Source of the DNA: Vicinamibacteria bacterium
GTDB taxonomy: Bacteria > Acidobacteriota > Vicinamibacteria > Marinacidobacterales > Marinacidobacteraceae
Assembly (NCBI GenBank): GCA_963555995.3
Contig: OY821641.1
Location: 3,520,001-3,584,000 of the forward strand
Reading direction: 5' to 3'
DNA: 64,000 bases
How positions within the stretch are numbered: the stretch's first letter is position 1; every line of letters starts with the position of its first letter. The notes beneath the pieces were generated by a model. The model was not told the origin of the DNA. It worked only from the letters and a program-made list of their open reading frames with translations, and searched no databases. Of this stretch, positions 9,697 to 18,933 are shown piece after piece. A program made the translations under genes and the position numbers.

Positions 9697-11060
9697 AGGG
9701 GACCCGGCGCGCGGACGTCGTCGTCATCGGGGCGGGACTCTCCGGCCTGACCGCCGCCCTCCGGCTCCAGGACGCCGGGCTCCGGGTGCAGGTCCTGGAA
9801 GCGCGGCGGCGGGTCGGGGGGCGCGTTCGCTCCGTCGGCACGTCCTTCGGGTCCGTGGAGTCCGGCGGGGCCACCATCGGGGCGGGCTACCGGCGGGTCA
9901 TCGCGGCGGCGGGCCGCTTCGGTGTCCCGCTGGTGGACGCCACCCCGCGCCTCCGGTTCTTCCGCGAGCAGGAGCTCGTGCTGAACGGCGCCCTGATCCG
10001 GCGCCCGGAATGGCCGGACCATCCGGCGAACCCGTTCCCGGCGCCCGACCGGGCGGTGATGCCGTGGCGGTTCGGCCGCCTGCTGACCGCGCGCGACAAC
10101 CCGCTGCGCCGGCCGGAGGACTGGCTCGATCCCGCGCATGCCGCCGCGGACATCTCGATGCACGCCTGGATGGCGGACCGCGGGCTGAGCGAGGAGGCGA
10201 TCCGGCTCGGCTACGGCCTGAACGCGGCCTACGGACGGGACGCCGCCGACGTCTCGGCGCTGCTCCTGTTCTTCCGGGCAGCGTTCTCGGCGGAGCAGAG
10301 GCGGTTTGCCCCGGAGGGCGTTGTCGGATTCAACCTGGAGGGCGGGGCCGAGCGGCTTCCGGAACGGATGGCGGCGGCGTTCGACCGTCCGGTCCGGCTC
10401 GGCAGCGAAGTCCGGTGCATCGAGGACGACGGACGCGGGGTTACCGTCCGCTGCGCCGGCGGCGCGGCGCACCGCGCGGACCGGGTGGTGTGTTCGTTGC
10501 CGTTCCCGGTCCTCCGCCAGGTCGCGCTCGATCCGCCGCTCGCCGGACCGCAGGCGGAAGCCGTCGCCGGTCTGCCCTCCCAGTCCGTCACCCAACTCCA
10601 CTTCCGCGCGCGCAGCCGCTTCTGGGAGACCGACGGCCTCGCGCCGAGCCTCTTCACCGACGGCCCCGCGGGGATGTTCGCGGCGGTCCGCGGCGGGGAG
10701 GACGCGGAGGACGTGGACGGCTTCACCGCCTGGCTCATGGGAGCCAAGGCGGACGCGCTTGATGCACTCCCGGATCGGGAAGCGGCCGCTCGCGTCATCC
10801 GGGCCGTCGAAGCGGTGCGCCCCGCCGCCCGGAACCAGTTGGAGTTCGTCGGCCTCAAGAGCTGGGGGGCCGACCCGTACGCCCGCGGCGCCTGGGCCAC
10901 CTTCCGTCCCGGACAGGTGACCCGCTTCGCGGCCGCCATGCGCCCCGCCCACGGCCGGATCCACTTCTGCGGCGAACACCTCGCCGAGGCGAGCCGGGGG
11001 ATGGAAGGCGCGATGGAGTCCGGCGAACGAGCGGCCCGCGAGGTCCTCGCGTGCGCCTAG
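9693..11060 (+). CDS. Flavin monoamine oxidase family FAD-dependent oxidoreductase
   Basis: GAGLSGL...EARRRVGGRV, SWGADPYARGAW, IHFCGEH, GMEGAMESGERAA. GTGA overlap with hemH. Confidence 0.85.
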   Translation: MKGTRRADVVVIGAGLSGLTAALRLQDAGLRVQVLEARRRVGGRVRSVGTSFGSVESGGATIGAGYRRVIAAAGRFGVPLVDATPRLRFFREQELVLNGALIRRPEWPDHPANPFPAPDRAVMPWRFGRLLTARDNPLRRPEDWLDPAHAAADISMHAWMADRGLSEEAIRLGYGLNAAYGRDAADVSALLLFFRAAFSAEQRRFAPEGVVGFNLEGGAERLPERMAAAFDRPVRLGSEVRCIEDDGRGVTVRCAGGAAHRADRVVCSLPFPVLRQVALDPPLAGPQAEAVAGLPSQSVTQLHFRARSRFWETDGLAPSLFTDGPAGMFAAVRGGEDAEDVDGFTAWLMGAKADALDALPDREAAARVIRAVEAVRPAARNQLEFVGLKSWGADPYARGAWATFRPGQVTRFAAAMRPAHGRIHFCGEHLAEASRGMEGAMESGERAAREVLACA

Positions 11061-11099
11061 CCCGGCGTCCCGGAACCCCGACCCCCGCGCCCCGTTGCC

Positions 11100-12145
11100 G
11101 TGAAACGCAGTCTCGCAGTTCGACCAACAGCCGTGATGGCGCCGCCGGCTGGGAGCGCCGGTCTTCAGACCGGCACGCGCTTCGCGACAGCGCAGCGCAC
11201 GGCACGAAGCAGCCCCGCACGATGGCGTTCGACTCTTGGTCCATCACGGCAACAGCGGCACGACGTCCGCGGGCCTTCGGCCCGCTGTGCCGCTCTGAAG
11301 AGCGGCGCTCCCAGCGGCGCCCCCAGCGGTGCCCCCAAGGGTCTCCGCCATTTTCATGACCGGCGGGGTGCGCAGGGGGACACGCGCACGAATGTTTCTC
11401 CCGGTGGGGGCCAACGCGGATGCATCGCCTGTTGCATCGCCGCCGCCCTCTCCCTAATCTGCCGCCCCACCGGGAAGCCCATCGCTGTGAAAATGCAGTC
11501 TGGGCGAAACATTGACCACCGAAGTTGCGCCGCCCGCTGGGAGCGCCGGTCTTCAGACCGGCACGCGCTTCGCGACAGCGCAGCGCACGGTACGAAGCAG
11601 CCCCGCACGATGGCGTTCGACTCTTGATCCATCACGGCAACAGCGGCACAACGTCCGCGGGCCTTCGGCCCGCTGTGCCGCATCCCCACCGGGAGCAACA
11701 CCCGTGCGCGTGTCCTCCTGTGCACCCCGCCGGTCATGAAAACGGCGGAAACGGCTGGGAACGCCGGCTTCAGCCGGCACAGCTCGCCGCAGGCGGGCGG
11801 CGAGACGGACCTCATGCGCCGGGATGGCTCGGCTGCGCGCGCCAACGCGCCCGAGGTAGCGAGGAACCACCCGCGGCCCTGCGGGCCGCGGTGCCGGCTG
11901 AAGCCGGCGTTCCAGGCCGGCGGCGCCGTCACCGCTGTTGGCCAACCCCGCAGGACTGCATTTTCACAGCAACTGGTGAAGAGCGGGCTCCCAGCGGCCC
12001 CAGGCGTCTCCGCCATTTTCATGACCGGCGGGGTGCGCCGGAGGACACGCGCACGAACGTTTCTCCCGGTGGGGGCCAACGCGGATGCATCGCCTGTTGC
12101 ATCGCCGCCGTTCGCTCTCTAATCTGCCGCCCCACCGGGAAGCCC
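11100..12145. repeat. Composite REP/REPIN-like and MITE-like repeat block
   Basis: REP hairpins at 11151-11176, 11287-11312 (inverted), 11539-11564, 11757-11780 and 11891-11913 (inverted). A ~140-bp unit occurs at 11341-11480 and 12006-12145, with an inverted partial copy at ~11684-11748. Confidence 0.9.
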
Positions 12146-12219
12146 GTTTCGGTTTCTCGTGACCGGGGTGCGTCCCGCGGCGCGCCCCGAACAACGCTGC
12201 TCCCGCGGGGAACACTGCC

Positions 12220-13527
12220 ATGCAAGACCACCAACCGGTGAGGCGCTCCGGCGCCCCGCTCCTCGCCGCCGCCGGCCTGCTCGTCGGGCTGAGCATTCCG
12301 GGACATTCGTCGCCGGCCGCGTACCAGCCGTTCGAGGATGACACCCTCGAATGGCTCGACGACTACCAGCAGGCGCTGGCGCTGGCGAAGGCGACGGGAC
12401 GGCCGCTCCTGGTCGAGTTCCGCTGCTCGCCCTGAATCACCGGCCGACGATTCGACGCACAGGTGGTGCTGTCGCCGCGAGATTCCGAGAGGGGACGTCT
12501 GCTCGAACAGTTCGTCCGCGCCCGCATCACGCGCATGAACCGGATTGATGTCGGCCTCTTCGATTTCGACTGGCACCACTCGATCTACTTCTTCATCGTC
12601 AGCCCGGACGAGCAGATCTACCTGCGCTACGGCGGGCGCGACGCGGTTTCGGCGGACTCGTACCTGGACCTCGACAGCTTCGCCCTCGCGCTCCGGGCGG
12701 GCCTCGCGGAGCACGAGCGCTGGCGCGCTGGCGCGTTGCCGCCGCGTCCCCGTCCGCCGCCCTTCTTCGCCCGCGAGCTGGAGCGCCTGCGCGTGCAGGA
12801 GCTGGAGCGGGGGCGCTGCGTCGAGTGCCACATGATCGGGGACTACCGGGCCGCCGCGCGGGAGCGGGAGGGAACCCTCGACAAGCGGCGCGAGATGTTC
12901 CGCTCGCCCGACGTCCGGGACCTCGGCATCCACTTCGACGTGCCGCGGGGCCTCGTGGTCGAGCGCACCGAGGGAGCGGCCCTGGCCGCCGGACTGCTCC
13001 CCGGCGACGCCATCGTGAACTTCGCCGGACGGCGGGTCCTGACGTTCGGGGACCTGCTCTACGTCCATGACGGCCTCGACCGCACCGCGGCGCGGCTCCC
13101 GCTGACCGTCGAGCGGCCGGGGGCCGGGCGGGTGGATCTCGTGCTCCAACTACCGGTGCAGTGGTGGGTTTCGGACATCACTTACCGCTACTGGTCCATT
13201 GATCCGCAGACCCACCTGACCACCGCTCCGCTCACCGAAGCGCGGAAGCGCGACCTGGGCTTCGATCCCGACGGTTTCGCCTGCGAAGTCACCCGCGTCA
13301 ACGCTCGCGCCGGCGTGCTTGACCTCCACGATCTCCGGGCCGGGGACGTCATCTACTCCGTGGACGGGGCCGAGGCGGACCCGACGGTCCGGGACTGTCT
13401 CGTCTATCTGCGGCTGAACGTCACCGCCGGGGAGGAGGTGGACCTCGGCGTGCTCCGCGCCGGCGTCCGCACGCAGGTGACCGTCCGCACCCACCGCCAG
13501 CGCTTCCGTAAGCTCGGAACCCCCTGA
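12220..13527 (+). CDS. Exported thioredoxin-like/PDZ selenoprotein (CxxU; Sec at TGA 12433-12435) with a CxxCH motif
   Basis: ORFs 12220..12435 and 12463..13527 are in the same frame. Read-through gives ALALAKATGRPLLVEFRCSP-U-ITGRRFDAQV. Signal peptide, hairpin downstream of the TGA, CVECH, and PDZ-like GLLPGDAI and DLRAGDVIYSVDG. Confidence 0.85.
12453..12474 (+). promoter_or_regulatory. Putative bacterial SECIS element
   Basis: CGACGCAC-AGGTG-GTGC(T)GTCG: 8-bp stem, G-containing apical loop and a bulged U, starting 17 nt after the in-frame TGA. Confidence 0.7.
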
Positions 13528-13531
13528 GGGA

Positions 13532-14554
13532 TCAGGCCGTCAGGGCGCTGCGTATCCCGCGGATGTCCGCGGGACGGGTCCGGCAGCAGCCGCCGATGAG
13601 TTCGGCCCCGAGCCGGCGCCATTCGAGGGCCAGCTCCGGCAGGTCCGCCGTCTCCGCCGGCATCTCCCACACCTTCCGCACCGCGTCCCAGCGGCCGTCG
13701 CCGTTCGGGTAGGCGACGGCGGGTTTTCCGGTCGCCGCCCGGAACTTCGGGATCAGCGCGGCGAGGTGTTTCGGCGGCGTGCAGTTGACGCCGGCCCAGC
13801 GGATCCGGGCGCAGTCGGCGAGGTCCGCCGCGGCCTCCTCGACGGGGGTTCCGTCGGAGAGGCGGCCGCCGTCGCGGCAGGTGAAGGAGATCCACGCCGG
13901 CGGGGGGTCGTCGAGCTGGTCGAGGAGTCGCCGGAGCACGCGCCCCTCGCGCGCCGAGGGAATCGTCTCGACCGCCAGCAGGTCGGCGCCCGAGCGGGCG
14001 AGGAGTTCGAGCCGCCGCCAGTGGAAGGCGGCGAGCGCGGCGTCGTCGGCCCGGTAATCGCCGGTGTATTCGGAGCCGTCGGCGAGGAATGCGCCGTAGG
14101 GGCCGACGCTCGCGGCCACCAGCGGCTGGCGGCGTCCCTCCCGGTTCGCCGGATCGCGCCAGAAGCGGTTCCGTTCCTCCGCCGCCAGCTCCACCGCGAA
14201 GCGGAAGAGGCGCTCCGATTCCCGGTCCGGGAGTCCGTAGCGCGCGAGGCCGGGGAAGCTCGCCTGGTAGGTGGCGGAGATGAGGCAGTCGGCACCCGCG
14301 GCGAGGAACCGGGCGTGGACGGCGCGCACAGCGTCCGGCGTCTCGATCAGCACCTTCGCGGACCAGAGCGGGTGGTTCAGGTCGTGGCCGTCGGCCTCCA
14401 GTTCGGTGGCGAGTCCGCCGTCGAGGATGAGGGGTGCGGGGGACTGGGGACCTTGGGAGGGTTCTGCTTCAGGCGGGTTCAGCGTCGTGCGGTTCCGCTG
14501 GCCTGCGGCCAGCGGGTGCCGGTCTGAAGACCGGCGCTCCCAGCTACCCCCCAA
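13532..14554 (-). CDS. mmuM: Homocysteine S-methyltransferase (start uncertain)
   Basis: ILDGGLATELE, WSA, ATYQAS, SVGPYGAFLADGSEYTGDY, ETIP, GVNC, YPN, IGGCCRT. Confidence 0.9.
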   Translation of the reverse strand: MGGSWERRSSDRHPLAAGQRNRTTLNPPEAEPSQGPQSPAPLILDGGLATELEADGHDLNHPLWSAKVLIETPDAVRAVHARFLAAGADCLISATYQASFPGLARYGLPDRESERLFRFAVELAAEERNRFWRDPANREGRRQPLVAASVGPYGAFLADGSEYTGDYRADDAALAAFHWRRLELLARSGADLLAVETIPSAREGRVLRRLLDQLDDPPPAWISFTCRDGGRLSDGTPVEEAAADLADCARIRWAGVNCTPPKHLAALIPKFRAATGKPAVAYPNGDGRWDAVRKVWEMPAETADLPELALEWRRLGAELIGGCCRTRPADIRGIRSALTA

Positions 14555-15668
14555 GGATGTCCCGGAAGTAGCGGAGCCAGTTGCCGCCCAGGATGCGGGT
14601 GATGTCCACCTCGGAGACGCCGCGGCGGTCGAGGGCGTGGGCGACGTTGCGGAACCGCTCGGGCTCGTCGAGGCCCTCGATGAAGGGAGGCCAGCGGACG
14701 CGGTAGCTCGGCTTGAAGTTGCGGAGCCGGGGCTCGTACCAGTTCTCGCGGGTGGCCCAGGACCGGAGGCCGCGGATCGCGTGGTCGGTGGAGACCCCCA
14801 CGTGCTCGATCCCGCCGACGTCCACCGCGTGCAGGATGTGGTTCACGTAGTCCTCAAGCGAGGTGTCCGGGTCGGGGCCCACGAAGTAGCCGAGGCTCGC
14901 GATCCCGGTGACCCCGCCCTTGTCCGACATGGCGCGGATCTGCTCGTCGGTCTTGGCGCGCGGGTGGTCGTTGTAGATCGCCTCGCAGAAGGTGTGGGTG
15001 AACGCGGCGGGGCTCGTGGAGACCTCGATCCCGTCCATGGAGGTCTGCCGGCCGCAGTGGGAGAGGTCCACGATGATCCCCAGTTCGTTCATCCGCCCGA
15101 CCACCTCGACCCCGAAGTCGGAGAGTCCCCCGTCCACCCGCTCGGTGCAGCCGCTCCCGAGCCGGTTCTGGGAGTTGTAGGTGAGCTGGATGCAGCGGGT
15201 CCCGAGGTCGTAGAGCGGGTCCAGGTTCCGGAGCTCGCCCTCCAGCATGGTGGCGTTCTGGAAGCCGAAGATCACCGCCATCTTCCCGTCGGCCTTCGCC
15301 GCCTCGATGTGGGCGGCCTTCGTGGCGTGGACGAGCCTGTCGGGGTTCTCGCGGATGCGGCGGCGCCACTCGGCGAGCGCCCGCGCCGCGACCTGGAAGT
15401 TGGTGCTCGGGAGGGTGGTCTGGATGCCGGTGTATCCCGAACGCGCGATGGCGTCGTACTCCACCTCGTCCCACTCGTAGCCGACGGCGAGCGAATCAAT
15501 GACCACCGAGCGGTCGTAGAGGGCGTCAATCGCGGGGTTGCGCGGGGGCTGCTGGGTGTTCTCTCGCGAGTTTCGGCCGGCTGCGCCGGCCGGTGCCGGT
15601 CTGAAGACCGGCGCTCCCGGGGCGGCGAGCGAGGTGCCCAACAGGCCGAGGAAAGTGCGTCGCTCCAT
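14544..15668 (-). CDS. Membrane dipeptidase (peptidase M19) with a Tat-like signal
   Basis: MERRTFLGLLG, QLTYNSQNRLGSG, GLSDFG, MNELGIIVDLSH, PRAKTDEQI, ILGGNWLR. Confidence 0.88.
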   Translation of the reverse strand: MERRTFLGLLGTSLAAPGAPVFRPAPAGAAGRNSRENTQQPPRNPAIDALYDRSVVIDSLAVGYEWDEVEYDAIARSGYTGIQTTLPSTNFQVAARALAEWRRRIRENPDRLVHATKAAHIEAAKADGKMAVIFGFQNATMLEGELRNLDPLYDLGTRCIQLTYNSQNRLGSGCTERVDGGLSDFGVEVVGRMNELGIIVDLSHCGRQTSMDGIEVSTSPAAFTHTFCEAIYNDHPRAKTDEQIRAMSDKGGVTGIASLGYFVGPDPDTSLEDYVNHILHAVDVGGIEHVGVSTDHAIRGLRSWATRENWYEPRLRNFKPSYRVRWPPFIEGLDEPERFRNVAHALDRRGVSEVDITRILGGNWLRYFRDILGG

Positions 15669-15676
15669 CGAGAAAC

Positions 15677-17380
15677 TCAGGCCGAGTGGCCCAACTCCCG
15701 GGCGCGCTCGCTGGCCGCCTCCACGGCGCTCGCGGCGTCGGGGAAGAAGAAGATGCCCTCCTCCGGCTTGAAGTGCGTCGCGTGCATGACCTCGGCGACC
15801 TCGGGCTGGATTCCCCAGAAGTAGCAGGTGGTCCCGCTCTCGCGCAGGCTGCGCGCGAGGTCCTGCAGCAGCAGGCAGGCGGTCGGATCAATGAAGTACA
15901 CGTTCCGCATTCCGAAGACGCAGGCGGGCCGCTCGTCGCTGGCGCCGGCCAGCAGGTCCGAAAGGCTGCTCACCGTGCCGTAGAAGAGCGCTCCCCGGAA
16001 CGTGATCATCTGGACCCCCTCCGGCATCTCGAAGGGGAGGGGCCGCGTGTGCACCATCTCTTCCGAATCGAAGAGCGCCGCGTCGCCGCGCCGCACCTCG
16101 AAGATCCCCGAGACGCGCTGGATGAAGATGACCGCGCCGAGCGCGAGCCCGACCGGCAGCACGAAGCGGAGGTCCCAGAAGAGGGTGGTCCCGAGCGTGC
16201 CCAGCAGGATGATCCGGTCGCCGATGGGCGCGCGCCAGATCACCCGCATCCGGTGCACCTCGACCATCCGGCCGGCGACGATGAGCAGCACCGCCGCCAG
16301 CGAGGTGAGCGGGATGTACTCGAGCGCCCAGGAGAAGAAGAGGACGAAGAGCGCCACGAAGATGGCGTGGAAGAAACCGGCCAGCGGCGACCGCGCCCCG
16401 GAGGCCAGACAGGTTGCGGTCCGCGCCACGCAGCCGCCCACCGGGAAGCCGCCCCAGACGGCGGTGGCGATGTTGCCGAGTCCGAGCGCGGTGAACTCCT
16501 GGTTGGGATGGCTCGGCACGCCGCGGGAACGGCTCGCCATCTGGGCGGCGAGCAGGGACTCGGCGCTCGACAGGAAGGCGATGGCCACCGCGTAGGGCAG
16601 CAGGGGCACCCAGTTCTCGAGCGACGGGATCAGGGGCAGCGGCAGCCGGTTGGGCAGTTCCCCGAAGGTGCTGCCGATGGTCGCCACGTCGAGCCGCAGC
16701 GCGAAGGTCGCGAGGGCGCCGACCAGGAGGCCCATCACGTAGGCCGGCAGCCTCGGTGCGAACCGCTTGGTCACGAGCACCGCGGCCAGCGAGGCGGCGC
16801 CCACCAGGAAGGTGGTCATCTCGAAGTTGCCGAGGCGGCTCAGGACCCCCTCCATGATGAACAGGAAGGAGTGCGAGTGTTCGGCGCCGCTGTGGTCGTG
16901 CGTGTGCACCGAACTCGCGAGCCCGAAGAAGGGCACGATCTGTCCGGTGAAGATGATCACGCCCATCCCGGTCACGAACCCGGTGATGACCGCCTGCGGC
17001 ATGGCCTCGATCAGGATCCCCACCCGGGAAATGGCCATTCCCACCAGGAAGACGCCGGCCATCAGGGTCGCGGCGAGGAGACCCTCGTAGCCGAACAGCT
17101 CGATCACCACCACCGCGATCAGGATGCAGGCCTCGGTCGGCCCGCCGATCTGGAACTTGCTCGCGGTGAAGAGCGCGATGACGGCGCCGCCGATGATGAT
17201 GCCGACGAGGCCCTTGTCCGGGCTCGCTCCGGCCGCGATCGCGACCACCAGGCCCAAGGGCAGGGCGACCACCGAAACCGTCAGTCCCGCCGACAGGTCG
17301 GTGGTGAGGTCGGACAGTGAGTAGCCCTCGGGCACGACCCGCCGGTACTGCAAGCGAAGGCTGGCCAGCACGCGCGTCAT
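15677..17380 (-). CDS. SulP-family anion transporter with STAS domain
   Basis: DLSAGLTVSVVALPL, QIGGPT, NQEFTALGLGN, ARTA, C-terminal GALFYG STAS. ATG at 17380 is preceded by GGGAG. Confidence 0.92.
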   Translation of the reverse strand: MTRVLASLRLQYRRVVPEGYSLSDLTTDLSAGLTVSVVALPLGLVVAIAAGASPDKGLVGIIIGGAVIALFTASKFQIGGPTEACILIAVVVIELFGYEGLLAATLMAGVFLVGMAISRVGILIEAMPQAVITGFVTGMGVIIFTGQIVPFFGLASSVHTHDHSGAEHSHSFLFIMEGVLSRLGNFEMTTFLVGAASLAAVLVTKRFAPRLPAYVMGLLVGALATFALRLDVATIGSTFGELPNRLPLPLIPSLENWVPLLPYAVAIAFLSSAESLLAAQMASRSRGVPSHPNQEFTALGLGNIATAVWGGFPVGGCVARTATCLASGARSPLAGFFHAIFVALFVLFFSWALEYIPLTSLAAVLLIVAGRMVEVHRMRVIWRAPIGDRIILLGTLGTTLFWDLRFVLPVGLALGAVIFIQRVSGIFEVRRGDAALFDSEEMVHTRPLPFEMPEGVQMITFRGALFYGTVSSLSDLLAGASDERPACVFGMRNVYFIDPTACLLLQDLARSLRESGTTCYFWGIQPEVAEVMHATHFKPEEGIFFFPDAASAVEAASERARELGHSA

Positions 17381-17552
17381 GGACTCCCTCCCCGGACGGA
17401 CACCACGAAGCGGAGTGTATGCCCGCGCCCCTCCGGGCCGCGAAGCCTCGCCCTGACGTGACACCCCGTTACACCGCGCCCGTCGTTCCTCCACGCGGAA
17501 AGACGGCACCCCCCTCGGCGCGACCCCCCCAACGCCGATGCCGCGCCGGCGT

Positions 17553-17650
17553 GGAACGCCGGTCTCCAGACCGGCACGCGCGGCGCTCCGCGCCGCGCCC
17601 GTCGTCCCCTCACCCAACCCCATGGCCCCCGGCTCGAAACCCCGCTTCCA
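17553..17650 (+). repeat. REP-like hairpin plus ~70-bp conserved tail
   Basis: GGAACGCCGGTCTCCAGACCGGCAC followed by a tail similar to 27058-27155 (minus) and 45388-45482. Confidence 0.75.
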
Positions 17651-17697
17651 CAACCCCTCGCCCGCCAGCCACCAACCCGCACCACAATCCCCACCCC

Positions 17698-18054
17698 ATG
17701 CCCGACATCGCCCCTCCCAGGGAACAGATCCCCTTCGAAGACCTCACCCGCATCGACATCCGCGCCGGGACCATCCTGGAGGTCTCCGACATCCCCGAGT
17801 CCCGAAAGCTCGTCCGCCTGAAGGTTGATCTCGGCTTTGCGACCCGCACCGTGGTGGTGGGGATGAAGCAGGAGCGAGCGAATCCGAAAGAGATCGAGGG
17901 CTCGCAGGCCCTCTTCGTCGTGAACCTGCCGCCCCGCCGGATGGCGGGCGTCCTCTCGGAAGCGATGCTTTTCGACCTGGGGTATTCCGACGGGATCGCG
18001 CCGGCGCTCGCGGTCCCGGAACGTCCGGTCCCCAACGGGACGCGCGCCGGGTGA
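17698..18054 (+). CDS. tRNA-binding OB-fold protein (CsaA/Trbp111-like)
   Basis: FEDLTRIDIRAGTI, SRKLVRLKVDLG, VVNLPPRRMAGVLSEAM, PVPNG. Confidence 0.88.
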   Translation: MPDIAPPREQIPFEDLTRIDIRAGTILEVSDIPESRKLVRLKVDLGFATRTVVVGMKQERANPKEIEGSQALFVVNLPPRRMAGVLSEAMLFDLGYSDGIAPALAVPERPVPNGTRAG

Positions 18055-18119
18055 GATTCCGCTGACAAGCCACCGGCCTGCCCGCCGGTAACGCCACGTA
18101 CACTTCGCCGCCCCGATCC

Positions 18120-18917
18120 ATGCCCACCCCCCGAACCCCGACCGGCCAGACGGCCCTCGTCACCGGCGGCACCCGCGGCATCGGCCGCGCCGTCGCCGCC
18201 TTCCTCCTCGACGCGGGGATCCAGGTGATGCTCACCGGGACGGACCGCCGGACGGCGGAAGAGACCGCCGCCCAGCTCGCCGCGGAATCCCCCATCGGCG
18301 CCCTCGCCCACGGCGCGGCCTGCGACGTCACCGACGACGCGAGCGTCGCGGAGCTCGCCGCGTTCGTGCGCGACCGCTGCGGCCGCCTCGACGTCCTCGT
18401 CAACAACGCCGGGATCGGGATCTACCACCCCACCCCCGAACTCTCGCTGGCGGACTTCCGGCAGGTCGTGGAGACGAACCTGACCGGCGTCTTCCGGGTG
18501 ACCAAGGCCCTGCTGCCGCTCCTCCTCGAGGCCGCGGCGACTGCCGAAAACGACGCGCCGTCCGGTGCGACCGTCATCAACATCGGGAGCCTCGCCGGCC
18601 GCCACCCCTTCAAGGGCGGCGCCGCCTACAACGCGTCCAAGTTCGGCCTCGTCGGCCTCAGCGAGGCGATGATGCTCGACCTCCGGGACGCCGGCGTTCG
18701 GGTCGCAACCGTCATGCCGGGCAGCGTCGCGAGCGGCTTCGCGGGCCGCTCCGCCGAGGACGGCACCGACTGGAAGCTCTCCCCCGAGGACGTGGCCGAG
18801 GCGGTGCTCGGGATCGTCCTACAGCGCAGCCAGGCGCTCGCCAGCCGCATCGAGCTGCGCCCGAGCCGGCCCCCGGTCAAGCGGCCGCCGGACTGGCGCC
18901 TCCGCAAGAAGAGCTGA
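18120..18917 (+). CDS. SDR family oxidoreductase
   Basis: TGGTRGIG, NNAG, YNASK. Confidence 0.93.
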   Translation: MPTPRTPTGQTALVTGGTRGIGRAVAAFLLDAGIQVMLTGTDRRTAEETAAQLAAESPIGALAHGAACDVTDDASVAELAAFVRDRCGRLDVLVNNAGIGIYHPTPELSLADFRQVVETNLTGVFRVTKALLPLLLEAAATAENDAPSGATVINIGSLAGRHPFKGGAAYNASKFGLVGLSEAMMLDLRDAGVRVATVMPGSVASGFAGRSAEDGTDWKLSPEDVAEAVLGIVLQRSQALASRIELRPSRPPVKRPPDWRLRKKS

Positions 18918-18933
18918 CCAGGCGCTTCCGGGC

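Noticed and set aside
9693-11060. Direct annotation as hemY
   Set aside because: C-terminal motifs match monoamine/L-amino-acid oxidases rather than HemY. Kept only as a hypothesis.
11100-12145. CRISPR array or protein-coding ORFs in the repeat block
   Set aside because: Units are inverted and nested with repeated, not unique, spacers. The ORFs are translations of the palindromes (WERRSSDRH, SAGLQTG) with no family motifs.
12463-13527. Independent 354-aa gene plus a separate 71-aa upstream gene or pseudogene
   Set aside because: Same frame, the TGA falls at a CxxC position and is followed by a SECIS-like hairpin. One selenoprotein explains this better.
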